From: an uncultured virus (IMG/VR IMGVR_UViG_3300038424_000133) | Lineage: Duplodnaviria > Heunggongvirae > Uroviricota > Caudoviricetes | Virus record (IMG/VR): IMGVR_UViG_3300038424_000133 | Direction: 5' to 3' (one strand) | Length of the DNA: 64,000 nt | Shown: piece after piece, positions 49,931-60,370 of the stretch | Position numbering within the stretch: position 1 is the stretch's first letter | Layout of the letters: the number at the start of each line of letters is the position of its first letter | Position numbers and translations under genes: made by a program | Notes under the pieces: model-generated | The model's input: only the letters and a program-made list of their open reading frames with translations | The model's database searches: none | Told to the model about the DNA's origin: nothing

Positions 49931-52900
49931 TTAAGGAAATCCAATATCGTTCGGTCTTCCTTTTGAAGGTGGAATTTGGTCTTGCGGGACCACCCACCCA
50001 ACATTAGATTTTACGAGTTCAGCATGGCAGTTTCGACATCGGTACACCTTTTCATGTGTAATGATGTCTTTCACCCCATATAAATGAAGTACCTCATCGC
50101 ACACAGGACACACTTCGTAAAGGTCTATTCCAGTATTGCCTATAACATTAAAACCACTTGGTTTGCCATGTCCAGTAGGCAAAGTTCTTGTATCTATTGC
50201 TTCGGCTGGTCCAGAATCCTTAATTGTATATGCTGGTTGAGCAGAATGCAACTCTGGGTCATATTCATAGTCTTCTTTAAGTGTTGGTTTATCTTTATAT
50301 TGTGTCATTGTTGGGTCATATTTAAGATACCATTGATTACCTATTACTTCGATTAATGGAAGTTGAAGCAACACAACATCTAACGAATATAAATTCATAG
50401 GTCTTAATGTAAATATTGTATCTATTGGATTTGTTTTAGTTATATTAAACCTATTAAATATGACATCTAAATCATAAAAGCGTTCTATATTAAGTGCTTC
50501 TATAATAAGGTCTAAAATTTCTGGTCTGGTTATTGCTAATTTTTGGAACATCACATCTACATTATCAGTTTTGGTTACTCCTACTTTTTTAAATAATACA
50601 TCAACGTTATCATATTTTGTAATACTTAATTGCTTAAATAAAACATCTATAGACTCTTGCTTGGTTAATCCTAATCGTTCATATAGAACATCAATAGGAG
50701 CAGTTTTAACTATATTTAATTTTTGTATTAAAACATCTATGTTATCTGTTCTTAAAATTCCGTATCTTGCTAAATCAACATCTACATAATAAGTTATAGG
50801 TATATCTAATTTTTCAAACAATACATCAATATCCTCAGTTAAGGATATATTCAATCTTTGCAGTAAAATATCAATATTATCAGTTCTAACTACTCCTAAT
50901 CTCTGTAACGAAACATCAACATTATAAGGTTTTATTCCTAACAACTGTATCAATACATCAACACTATCCATTCTTGTTAAACCATATATTTTTAAAGTAA
51001 CATCAATATTATATATTTTGGGTATATCTAACGCCTGAAATAGAGCATCTACATTGTCAGTTAATGTTAATCCTAATCGTTGTAATAATGCATCTACATT
51101 ATCTGTTTTTGTTATATCATATTTTAATAATGAAACATCAAGACCATAAAATCTCGTTCCTATCTTTTGGAATAATACGTCAACATTATCGGTTATAATT
51201 ACTCCGAATCTTTCAAACAATACGTCAATATTATCAGTTCTAAGTATGCCTAATCTTGCTAAAATAACATCAACATCATAAGTTAAGGGAATATTTAATT
51301 TTGATAATAATGTATCTATATTATCAGTTTTAGTAATTTCATATCTTAAAAATATTGCATCAACGCTCTCTGTCTTAGGAATATCTAATCTTTGTAATAA
51401 CACATCAATATTATCGGTCTTGGTTAATCCTAATCGTTCAATTAATGTATCTACGTTATTTGTCTTCGTTAATCCATATCTTAACAATACAACGTCTAAA
51501 TCATAGGTTATAACACTTAATTTTGTAAACATTGTATCTATATTATCTGTTGCGATTATTCCATATCTTAAAAAGATTGCATCAATATTCTCTGACTTAG
51601 TGTTTAATTTTATAAATAATACGTCAACATTGTCCGTTGCAGTTACTCCTAATCGTTCTAATAATACATCCACATTATCGGTCTTCAAAATGTTATATCT
51701 TGTCAAAGTAACATCAACATTATAAGTTACAGGTATATCTAATCTTTCTAATAAAGTGTCAACATTGTCCGTCTTAGTTATATTCAATTGTTCCAATAAC
51801 GTATCTACATTATCAGTTTTTGTAACATTATATCTTAATAATAAGGCATCAATATTGTAAGTTTTTACTTCTAACAACATAAATAAGACATCTATGTTAT
51901 CAGTCTTAGTCAGTCCTAATCGTTCAAGTAACGTATCCACATTGTTAGTTTTAATCAATCCATATCTTAATAAAACGGTATCAACATTGTAAGTTAGAGG
52001 TATATCCAATCTCTTGAATAATGCATCTACATTATCTGTCTTGGTTACGCCGTATCTTAAAAATATCGCATCAATATTTTCAGTCTTAGTAATGTTTAAT
52101 TTTTCAAACAATGTATCTATATTGTCAGTTTTAGTTAAACCTAACCTTTGTAGCAATATATCAATATTATCTGTTTTAGTAACACCATATCTTAACAGAG
52201 ATACATCAATATTATAAGTGTCAACAATGCCTAATCTTTGTAATAATGTATCCACATTATCAGTCTTAGTTATACCATATCTCAAAAGTGTCATATCAAT
52301 ACTATATGTTTTAACTTGTAATTTTGTTAATAATGTATCTATTGAATAAGTTTTAGGTATGCCTAATCTTTGCAATAATGTATCAACGTTATCTGTCTTA
52401 GTTATCCCTAACCTCTGCAAAGCTACATCTACATTGTAAGTTTTAACTATACCTAATCGTTCAAGTATTGTGTCAATATCATCTGTCTTGGTTATTCCTA
52501 ATCTTTGTATCATAGTATCTATATTGTATGTTTTTGACTCGTTAAATCTCTTTAATATAACATCCATATTATCGGTTAATAATATTCCTTTTCGTTCCAA
52601 TAATGCGTCTATAGATTCGGTTTTAATTATATCTAATCTTGTAAAAATAGCATCTATTTGTTCTGGCAAATATACAACTTGTCCTTTAAATACAACATCT
52701 ATACTTTCAGTTAGTGGGATACCACTTCTTTCTATTAAAACGTCAAAGTTGTCTGTCTTGGTTATTCCAAATCTTTCTAATAAAACATCTAATGATTCAA
52801 CTTTAGTTAATCCAAATCGTTTTATCAATACATCAACATAATCGGTCTTGGTTACATTAAACCTTTCTAATACTACATCTACGTTATCAGTCTTGGTTAA

Positions 52901-53197
52901 TCCTAATCGTTCAATCAAAACATCAACATCATCAGTTTTAGTTATGCCTAATCTTTGTAGCAATACGTCAACATTATCCGTCTTAGTTATGTTTAGTCGT
53001 TTAAATAATATATCAATATTATCAGTCTTAATTATATTTAATCTTTTTAATATTATGTCAATTTCATCTGTCTTAGGTATATTCGCTCTTTTAAATAATG
53101 AATCTATATAATAAGCAATTATCTGGTCAACTATCAAATCGACCCATGATTCATCTACATGACCTGTATCAACGTAGGCAGAAAATCTTGATGACAT
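49931..53197 (-). CDS. protein of roughly 60 tandem 14-15-aa repeats with C-terminal Zn ribbon; probably structural
   Basis: Consensus TKTDN(I/V)D(V/T)LL(Q/E)RLG(I/L); CPVC...CRNC near the C-terminus. Confidence 0.75.
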   Translation of the reverse strand: MSSRFSAYVDTGHVDESWVDLIVDQIIAYYIDSLFKRANIPKTDEIDIILKRLNIIKTDNIDILFKRLNITKTDNVDVLLQRLGITKTDDVDVLIERLGLTKTDNVDVVLERFNVTKTDYVDVLIKRFGLTKVESLDVLLERFGITKTDNFDVLIERSGIPLTESIDVVFKGQVVYLPEQIDAIFTRLDIIKTESIDALLERKGILLTDNMDVILKRFNESKTYNIDTMIQRLGITKTDDIDTILERLGIVKTYNVDVALQRLGITKTDNVDTLLQRLGIPKTYSIDTLLTKLQVKTYSIDMTLLRYGITKTDNVDTLLQRLGIVDTYNIDVSLLRYGVTKTDNIDILLQRLGLTKTDNIDTLFEKLNITKTENIDAIFLRYGVTKTDNVDALFKRLDIPLTYNVDTVLLRYGLIKTNNVDTLLERLGLTKTDNIDVLFMLLEVKTYNIDALLLRYNVTKTDNVDTLLEQLNITKTDNVDTLLERLDIPVTYNVDVTLTRYNILKTDNVDVLLERLGVTATDNVDVLFIKLNTKSENIDAIFLRYGIIATDNIDTMFTKLSVITYDLDVVLLRYGLTKTNNVDTLIERLGLTKTDNIDVLLQRLDIPKTESVDAIFLRYEITKTDNIDTLLSKLNIPLTYDVDVILARLGILRTDNIDVLFERFGVIITDNVDVLFQKIGTRFYGLDVSLLKYDITKTDNVDALLQRLGLTLTDNVDALFQALDIPKIYNIDVTLKIYGLTRMDSVDVLIQLLGIKPYNVDVSLQRLGVVRTDNIDILLQRLNISLTEDIDVLFEKLDIPITYYVDVDLARYGILRTDNIDVLIQKLNIVKTAPIDVLYERLGLTKQESIDVLFKQLSITKYDNVDVLFKKVGVTKTDNVDVMFQKLAITRPEILDLIIEALNIERFYDLDVIFNRFNITKTNPIDTIFTLRPMNLYSLDVVLLQLPLIEVIGNQWYLKYDPTMTQYKDKPTLKEDYEYDPELHSAQPAYTIKDSGPAEAIDTRTLPTGHGKPSGFNVIGNTGIDLYEVCPVCDEVLHLYGVKDIITHEKVYRCRNCHAELVKSNVGWVVPQDQIPPSKGRPNDIGFP

Positions 53198-53206
53198 TTA
53201 AATCAC

Positions 53207-55066
53207 CTAAGTGTGAGCAACAACTAAACCATTCTTTACCGTTAAGGTTTTGATGGAAGACGCAGCGAAAGTTACACCAGCAGTACCATCAGCCGCATTA
53301 TAACCGCCAGTTGGTTGAACATAACCAAGTAATGATAATTGCCCTGCATAAGTAAGTTTTAAAATTTCGGTAGCTGTAGTAATATCATTAGTACCAGAAT
53401 AAATATGGAAAATAGTTGGATTAGTTACCATCATTATTGCAAAATCACTTCCATCAGCAATAAGTGAACCGCCAAACCCAGATTGCCATTTCATATATGT
53501 CTGACCACCTGCAAAGAATGTTGTAGTTCCGTAACTATTTAATTTAAAATTACCATCGGTTGTAATGTTGCCAACAGCATAAAAGGCATCATCAGTCTTT
53601 AATATGTTAGCACCACTACGATATAAATTAGTATCAACTGCTATTGCACCACCAGCACCCCAATCTATCCTACCACCAGAATTTATTGTACAAGCCCAAT
53701 TAGCATCACCTGTCTTTCCAAAAGCTAATATTGTAGTAGTTAAATTTGCTTGTGTACTATATCCATATCCTGTCCAATGTGGATTAACAAATACTGGTGA
53801 ACTTGCCGCTTTAACTGCTTGGTCAAGATAAGTATCTATTGTTGCGTGAGTTAGTGTTCCTATATCAGATAAAGAAGTATGACTTCTATTGGTAATTTGT
53901 GTGATGTTTGTAAGAGTAATATCATTTGGTATATCTGCATCTGTTAAAGCGGCGGCTGATAATATACCAGCAGTTGCTTTAACAAATCCTGAGAAAGCCG
54001 TTAATGTAAGTCCAGCAAAGGTGGGGCTACCTATAGTATATAAAGCACTTAACTGTGCATTAGCATTAGATAAGTAACCATATATAGTTGCTGTAACTCT
54101 CTTATAGGTTGTACCTTCGCCTATATCGTCTAAGGTTGCACTACCAGCTACAACACCAGCAGTAGCTTTAAGTACACCACCTGTAGCAGTAGCAATAGTA
54201 AGACCCCCAACAATCACTAAGTTTCCAGAATGGTCTAATGACATTACAGTAGAACCAGTAGTGCTTTGATACCATTGAAGTAAAGTAGAAGATACATCTA
54301 TAAACTGTGTCCAAATTATGGGATAACTTAATCCTGTTCTTCCAAACTGGAAACCTACTTCAACATTAGAAGTAACTTCAAGACCGAAACTTCCACCATT
54401 AACATATAAACTGCCAGCAAGAGATAAAGTTCCAGAAGTGCTTAATTGCATCAAGTAAGTTGAACCATCTATATCCCATTGTAAGTATTTGTGAGATGTT
54501 GGAATATGCATGTACCATGACTCATTATAACTACCAGCAGTTTTATTTCTATATATTTCTACTCCTACATCTGAGTCTGCTGTTGTTTCAATTAATAAAA
54601 CATCTGTTCCAGCATAGTTAAGTGTTAACCCAGCAAATATTGGTGTAGCACTTGAAGTAACAGATTGATTAAGATAATTTTTATAAGTTGAAGAAAAGTC
54701 GTTATGCGTTCTGACATAAGTTATTCCATCTGCTATATCATCACAAGTAGCTGAACCACCAACTACACCAGCCGTACCTTTTAAAACACCAGACAAAGCA
54801 CCTATAGTTAAACCAGCAAAAATTGGACTGTCAGTTGATTTCAAACTTTGATTTAACCCAATGAACCAACTGGCATTATCAGCTTTCCTGATTTCGAGCG
54901 TATCTGTGCTTGTATTATAATATAACATACCAGCAAAAGTAATGCTTGGGTCAGCACTACCAATATAATTAGTCTTCTGGTTTAAACGGGCATCTGAAAG
55001 TAAATCACCATTTGGCGGATTGTCTATTGGTCCATACCAAAGAGAACCACCACTACCTGCTGGCAT
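53207..55066 (-). CDS. tail fibre-like protein
   Basis: Internal repeats (SP.FAGLT; GVLK.TAGVV.GSAT.DDI), DTNLYRSGANILKTDD, terminal TVKNGLV. Confidence 0.7.
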   Translation of the reverse strand: MPAGSGGSLWYGPIDNPPNGDLLSDARLNQKTNYIGSADPSITFAGMLYYNTSTDTLEIRKADNASWFIGLNQSLKSTDSPIFAGLTIGALSGVLKGTAGVVGGSATCDDIADGITYVRTHNDFSSTYKNYLNQSVTSSATPIFAGLTLNYAGTDVLLIETTADSDVGVEIYRNKTAGSYNESWYMHIPTSHKYLQWDIDGSTYLMQLSTSGTLSLAGSLYVNGGSFGLEVTSNVEVGFQFGRTGLSYPIIWTQFIDVSSTLLQWYQSTTGSTVMSLDHSGNLVIVGGLTIATATGGVLKATAGVVAGSATLDDIGEGTTYKRVTATIYGYLSNANAQLSALYTIGSPTFAGLTLTAFSGFVKATAGILSAAALTDADIPNDITLTNITQITNRSHTSLSDIGTLTHATIDTYLDQAVKAASSPVFVNPHWTGYGYSTQANLTTTILAFGKTGDANWACTINSGGRIDWGAGGAIAVDTNLYRSGANILKTDDAFYAVGNITTDGNFKLNSYGTTTFFAGGQTYMKWQSGFGGSLIADGSDFAIMMVTNPTIFHIYSGTNDITTATEILKLTYAGQLSLLGYVQPTGGYNAADGTAGVTFAASSIKTLTVKNGLVVAHT

Positions 55067-55130
55067 TATTTATCACACTCCATAGTTTCCACTCATAATA
55101 TATTTGTTAAACAATTATTTAAATCTTTTG

Positions 55131-57896
55131 CTACGGCTTATCTTTTGAATATTGCAATTCACTACGACCCATCAATGGCTGTCCTGTATCCTCTTGGGCA
55201 GTATGACCTAACCTTGAACTGTCCATTCCACCACCACCGCCTTTGCCGCCAGCTACTTTACTCCATTTACTTTTTTCTATATCTTTAGGATTAGATGGAT
55301 GAGGTTTGCGTTCTTCAACTACTTTAAGCAGACGCTTGTATTCATCATCATATTTCTTCCAATCTATTCCAAGATTTTCAACTGCTTCTTTTTCAACTTC
55401 TGTAGCTTTAATATGTGCAAATCTATATTCAAATCCTAATGTTTTCATCATGGTCATTTCAAAGGTTTCATGAGTTATTAAGCCAAGATACATCCAATTT
55501 GGAACGGCTTCATCTATATAAATCTTTGACATATCTTCGCTGAATCCAGCTATTCCATCTGATAATTGTGTTTTAACAACTTCAACTTCTTCTTGAGTTA
55601 AGGGATTAATAAATGCTGTAATAAATTCTCCTTCACCCTTCTTAATTGAAAACTTACGCATAGTGCCTTTACCAATAATAACTGTATGGTATCCTTGTGG
55701 ACCATAATTGCCACCTGTCTTCTGGCTACTTTCACCTTTATATTCGCTTGATGGAACAATATGTTGCGGATGTGCGGCTGGTTCCTGTTTTAAAGTATCG
55801 AATTCTTGAACTTCTGTAGTTTCTTCTACATTAGTTTCTTCTTCTTCTATATTACTTTCATCTACAGCAGTTTCACTTACTCCTTTATTTTCTTTAGGTG
55901 TTCTTGGACCACCCATAGGCTTTGCTTTACCTTTAAGATTTTTACTTACGCCACTTGCAAGACGCTTCTGTTGCTTATCTTCTGTTGGCGGTTGAGGTTG
56001 ACCTTGTTGCTTGCCAATAGGATTAGTTGTTGGTTGTGATTGTTGAGCGGCTTTCTTTGCATTTTCAATACCAAGTTTAGTTTGTTTCAACGCTAATTCT
56101 GCCTGTTCCTCTTTCTGTTCTTGCATAACATCAAGTTCTTTACGCAACTTTTCCTGAGTCTTCATTTTAATCATATCATAACCTAATATCTTAGCGAATT
56201 CACGGTCAAGTTCAAGTTTAAGTTGCGGGTCAACAGGGTTAGCAACATTAAGGATTTGAATTATAGTTGTAAGTCTCTCTATTGGGCTTTGTAAACCTTT
56301 AGTTGATTGTTCAAGTTCAGGCACATACATAGGTGCAACTGCACCACCTTGCTTCTGGCGTGTCTTACCATGCTTGCACCAAAGTTGTTTCTTAAATAAT
56401 TGTTGCTCCACAGCCTGCTTAAATTCATGTCTCATTCGTTCAATTTCATTAAAACTTGCTCCTGATTGTTCTTTAGCACTTTCTGGTGCTTCTCTTGCTG
56501 GTATAACGACTGACAATGGAACATGCATACCTTGAGCTAATATCTGAGTTAAATTGGCAATTACAGATTCGGCTTCAAAAACTGTTCCACCTATATCCTT
56601 AATGTCAAATCCATATGGAACTGGCACATTTGTCCAATTACGCTTACCCATTTCCTGAATCTGTTGCATTACATTTCTAATATGTGGTTTGCTCCAAGGT
56701 CTCTTTTCTGTTCCACAAATAATGAAATATTTCTTGTTTCCAGCACGATATATTCCTTCACCTACTGAACTAAGAATTTTTTCTAATAGTAATGCTGTCT
56801 TTTTAACTGGTTCAATAACACTTATTCCACGTTCATCATATTCACGCCTATTAAGGTTGAGCCAAAACATTTGCCAAGGATAATATCTAAGAACTTGTCC
56901 TGAATCATCTTTTAAAGTTAATTGGTGAATAGCCATTGCAGTATCTCCAGAACCAACTATTTCATCTAAAGTCCAATAATTAGCTTCCCAAGTTCTGGGG
57001 TCACGATATAACTTTAATCTTCCTATTCCATTTTTCAAAAGTTTAAGTTGAACAATTTCATTTAGTTTTTTCCACTCTGGTTCTTTACTTTCAAAGTAAG
57101 TATATCCGCTACCACTTGTTCCGCCAAGTGGACCTTTGCCAACTGGCAACGGAGATTGTTTAACTGATTTAACATAATCCCAAAATTTTGGGTAATGGTC
57201 AGGGTCAACATTATATCTAATTTCTGCACCTGCACCGCCAACAGTTAAGGCTTCATCAAGCATAATGCCCAAAAGCGAATAAAGTGAAGTTGTATATTGG
57301 TCTTGATAAATATCCCTCATAAAATCTTGAAGTTGTTCTTTAAGGTCAAGTTTATACTTATCTGCTGGGTCATCAATCAAAACATCAAGATTATTACCCA
57401 TAATGGTTGATTTAAGATAATCTATTGCTCTCGATACTGGTGCAAATTCTTTTCTTAAACGCCTATGTTCATCAACATCATTAGCGTCTTGAGGCATAGC
57501 CCATGCCGTTAAAACTGGCGTAGCCTGAGTTATACCACCAGCAGTTGCAGATTCGCCAACTTTATAAGTTTCCATTATGTGGGATACGGCAATTGTTTTG
57601 TCATCTTGAGAAAGATTTTTATTAGCTTGAATACTTGCAATCATACTATCTAATTTAGATTGACTTATAGTAGTGCTGTTAGCAGGCTTACCTTCTCCAG
57701 CTATAGCCGCAGTATCATTAACTGTCCAAATTAAAAACCCATCTTTAAAAGTTTCATCAATAATTTTCTGTGGATTCTGTCCAGTACGCTCCGCTTCTTC
57801 CTTAACAAACTTTTCAAAATTATCATAATCTAAATTGGTTTCTTTAACCTCTGCTTTAGCTATTATTTTCTTTCTGGTTTTCTTTGGAGAAGACAT
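55131..57896 (-). CDS. portal protein with long C-terminal extension
   Basis: APVSRAID, EALTVGGAGAEI, ERGISVIEPV and GMHVP match the portal pattern; low-complexity linker then an HExxE..H domain. Confidence 0.7.
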   Translation of the reverse strand: MSSPKKTRKKIIAKAEVKETNLDYDNFEKFVKEEAERTGQNPQKIIDETFKDGFLIWTVNDTAAIAGEGKPANSTTISQSKLDSMIASIQANKNLSQDDKTIAVSHIMETYKVGESATAGGITQATPVLTAWAMPQDANDVDEHRRLRKEFAPVSRAIDYLKSTIMGNNLDVLIDDPADKYKLDLKEQLQDFMRDIYQDQYTTSLYSLLGIMLDEALTVGGAGAEIRYNVDPDHYPKFWDYVKSVKQSPLPVGKGPLGGTSGSGYTYFESKEPEWKKLNEIVQLKLLKNGIGRLKLYRDPRTWEANYWTLDEIVGSGDTAMAIHQLTLKDDSGQVLRYYPWQMFWLNLNRREYDERGISVIEPVKKTALLLEKILSSVGEGIYRAGNKKYFIICGTEKRPWSKPHIRNVMQQIQEMGKRNWTNVPVPYGFDIKDIGGTVFEAESVIANLTQILAQGMHVPLSVVIPAREAPESAKEQSGASFNEIERMRHEFKQAVEQQLFKKQLWCKHGKTRQKQGGAVAPMYVPELEQSTKGLQSPIERLTTIIQILNVANPVDPQLKLELDREFAKILGYDMIKMKTQEKLRKELDVMQEQKEEQAELALKQTKLGIENAKKAAQQSQPTTNPIGKQQGQPQPPTEDKQQKRLASGVSKNLKGKAKPMGGPRTPKENKGVSETAVDESNIEEEETNVEETTEVQEFDTLKQEPAAHPQHIVPSSEYKGESSQKTGGNYGPQGYHTVIIGKGTMRKFSIKKGEGEFITAFINPLTQEEVEVVKTQLSDGIAGFSEDMSKIYIDEAVPNWMYLGLITHETFEMTMMKTLGFEYRFAHIKATEVEKEAVENLGIDWKKYDDEYKRLLKVVEERKPHPSNPKDIEKSKWSKVAGGKGGGGGMDSSRLGHTAQEDTGQPLMGRSELQYSKDKP

Positions 57897-57976
57897 ATTT
57901 TCACCTATTTAATTTATTACTTAATTAACTTCAACTATATAAGTTTTATGGTTAAAAAACACAAAATAACTAAAAA

Positions 57977-58435
57977 TTATTGAGAATAAGGGTCAGGAAG
58001 CGTTATTTTTCGTGGAAGATTATATAATTCTGGTGGAAGTTTACCTTCTTGAATCCAAAGAATGGTTTGATAAGCACAAGCAATATTCCACAGAGATGCA
58101 ACCAAGTGATTTTCGTCATCACGACCATCAACAACTTGTGCTAAATGACGCATAGCAGAATCAAGAAATGAACTAACTGGTATTCCTTTTTCCCAATTTC
58201 TGTCCCCATATTTCTTGCAACCCTTTTCATAATGAATTGCTAAAGCCCGTATAGTTTGCCAAGGTATAAGGTCAAATCTTCCTTTACCCTGACTCATATC
58301 ACGAACTGCTCCTGTACCAAAATCTCGGCGTTGACCAGAATCTTTAATTTCATAATCAGAAGGATGGTCTTTAGTGTCTTGTTCTACTATCTTCTGTATA
58401 ACATTATTTTTCTTTTGTTTTTTGTTCAAATTCAT
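57977..58435 (-). CDS. dATP/dGTP diphosphohydrolase (DUF5664-like)
   Basis: GAVRD..GKGRFDLIP, KYGDRNWEKG, DSAMRH, DENHL. Confidence 0.8.
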   Translation of the reverse strand: MNLNKKQKKNNVIQKIVEQDTKDHPSDYEIKDSGQRRDFGTGAVRDMSQGKGRFDLIPWQTIRALAIHYEKGCKKYGDRNWEKGIPVSSFLDSAMRHLAQVVDGRDDENHLVASLWNIACAYQTILWIQEGKLPPELYNLPRKITLPDPYSQ

Positions 58436-58651
58436 CCAACCTCTTATTAATCTTAATAATTTCGTCTTTAATATACTTTTCGGTTTTCTCTATTTCGTCA
58501 AATTTGCCATAGATGACTTTTAACCATTTCCATTCAGCCTTAGCTTTCTTTGCCGCCGCCATATTCGAAACCTTCCTTTATTTCTCTCATTTTACGTTCC
58601 CAATCTGATTCAGGCATCACTTTTCTATTTGGTCTATTGCGTCTTTGGTTT

Positions 58652-59731
58652 TTATTCATGATTTTTTCTCCAAATTTGACACTCATTACTTTCAAGACAC
58701 CAACCTAACTTTTTTATTGTTTCACATTTATAAGGTGGATACTCCAAGTAACTTTGTTTATCTATAAAATATTTAACATAATAACGAGTCAACCCAAGAT
58801 TAAAATCGTTCATATTACTGAATAAATTAGCAATACTATCTACATCTCTTAGTCCTGAATACCATGCTTCACCGAGAAGTGCTAATCGTTGACCATGCTC
58901 CATTTCTTTACCTTTAAGTGCTTTGAGATAACACGGTCTTATCTGGCTGATTGTTTGAGAAACTTGTCCTGTATATATCATATTCTTCACTTTCTTTCGG
59001 TCTTCTTCTTCCATTTTTAAACGCTTAATTGTATCCTTTACTGCTTGAATAACATCTGAATATTTAAGACCGCCTTTTCTATAATAGTCTAATCCACGAA
59101 TTTTATCTTCTTCAAATTGATTATCTTTATTTACTTTCAATAAAACACATTTCTTACCAGATACTTGATGTATCGAAAACGGAATTCTGCATAATCTAAC
59201 AAGGTCTTCATCGGTTGATGCATCGAGATATGAAACAGAACGATAACACTTTATTGAATCAACAAGCGTCTTATATATTTCCTTAACGAAATCCTGAGAA
59301 TCGCTAAACTCATAGATTTTATCAAGATATATGTAAACATGATAGCCTTTATTGGTTTTAATAATCATTGGAGTAAGTTTTGGGTCTCTCTTAGATAATT
59401 TATAAACAAATCTTTTAAGTTCAAAATCAACTTCTTCTTTGGATTCGACTATTTGTTTCTCAGTTAACTCATCACTGGCTCGACCATAATCGAAATCAAG
59501 GAATAGTTTCTCTATGCCTTTAACTATGCCATATGATGAAAATGGTTGAACTGATATAAACGCTGGTAATTTATTTTTTTCAGCAAATTCTATGCATTCG
59601 AAGATGTTGTTTGGATTATCTGTAAAGTAGCGTTTGCGACCTGCATATGGCGGATTACCTAATATTCTACCATAATTGCCGAAAAATTCAAGTAAAAATT
59701 CAGATTCACTTATATGGTCTTCATTGGGCAA
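58652..59731 (-). CDS. archaeo-eukaryotic primase fused to a PriL-like Fe-S C-terminal domain
   Basis: FLDFD, KGYHVY, RLCRIPFS; then RPCY..HGQR...PPYKC...WC....C. Confidence 0.8.
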   Translation of the reverse strand: MPNEDHISESEFLLEFFGNYGRILGNPPYAGRKRYFTDNPNNIFECIEFAEKNKLPAFISVQPFSSYGIVKGIEKLFLDFDYGRASDELTEKQIVESKEEVDFELKRFVYKLSKRDPKLTPMIIKTNKGYHVYIYLDKIYEFSDSQDFVKEIYKTLVDSIKCYRSVSYLDASTDEDLVRLCRIPFSIHQVSGKKCVLLKVNKDNQFEEDKIRGLDYYRKGGLKYSDVIQAVKDTIKRLKMEEEDRKKVKNMIYTGQVSQTISQIRPCYLKALKGKEMEHGQRLALLGEAWYSGLRDVDSIANLFSNMNDFNLGLTRYYVKYFIDKQSYLEYPPYKCETIKKLGWCLESNECQIWRKNHE

Positions 59732-60370
59732 TTAACCAATACCTTCATTATATCTATCAAGACATTCTTGACATAAATCATCTGTGGTGACTAATTCTTT
59801 ATCATGTCCACAATTTGCACATTTACCTATTCTTTTAGGTTTTGGGGCATTCTTAATTTGGTCCTCTATCCATTCATCCTCTAATTTAACCCAATCTACT
59901 ACTTCTTCATGAAATAGTATAATTCTCTTCTTTGATTCTCCAAGACCACTTGGAATAACAATTTTAGATTTATAGTAATAGACATCTTTGATTCCCGCCT
60001 GTATAATAAAGCGTCTGCAAAGATGGCATGGGCGTTCATCATTTTTATCATTAACTTCGCTAAGATACATCGTAGCTCCAACTGTAGATATTCCAACTCT
60101 TGCCGCATTCATAATACAATTTTGTTCTCCATGCACACTTGAACAATGCTCATATGATTTACAATGTTCTTCGTTATATAAGTCTTTTAAACATGGGGTA
60201 TCTACACCACAATTTTTTGCCCCACGAACAGTTCCAGTATAGCCAGTTGCTATAATAGCATCATCTTTAACTAATATAGCACCAAATTTTCGTCTGCTAC
60301 ACGGACTTCTTTCAGCAACAACTTTAGCCATTTTAAAATACCAATCTATTTTATTCGGTCTTTGGCTCAT
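59732..60370 (-). CDS. dCMP deaminase
   Basis: RSPCSRR, VHGEQN, PCHLC. Confidence 0.9.
   Translation of the reverse strand: MSQRPNKIDWYFKMAKVVAERSPCSRRKFGAILVKDDAIIATGYTGTVRGAKNCGVDTPCLKDLYNEEHCKSYEHCSSVHGEQNCIMNAARVGISTVGATMYLSEVNDKNDERPCHLCRRFIIQAGIKDVYYYKSKIVIPSGLGESKKRIILFHEEVVDWVKLEDEWIEDQIKNAPKPKRIGKCANCGHDKELVTTDDLCQECLDRYNEGIG

Noticed and set aside
49931..53197. CRISPR array or DGR template/variable repeats
   Set aside because: The repeats are in-frame coding units with synonymous divergence; no spacers, no reverse transcriptase and no adenine-specific variant pair seen.
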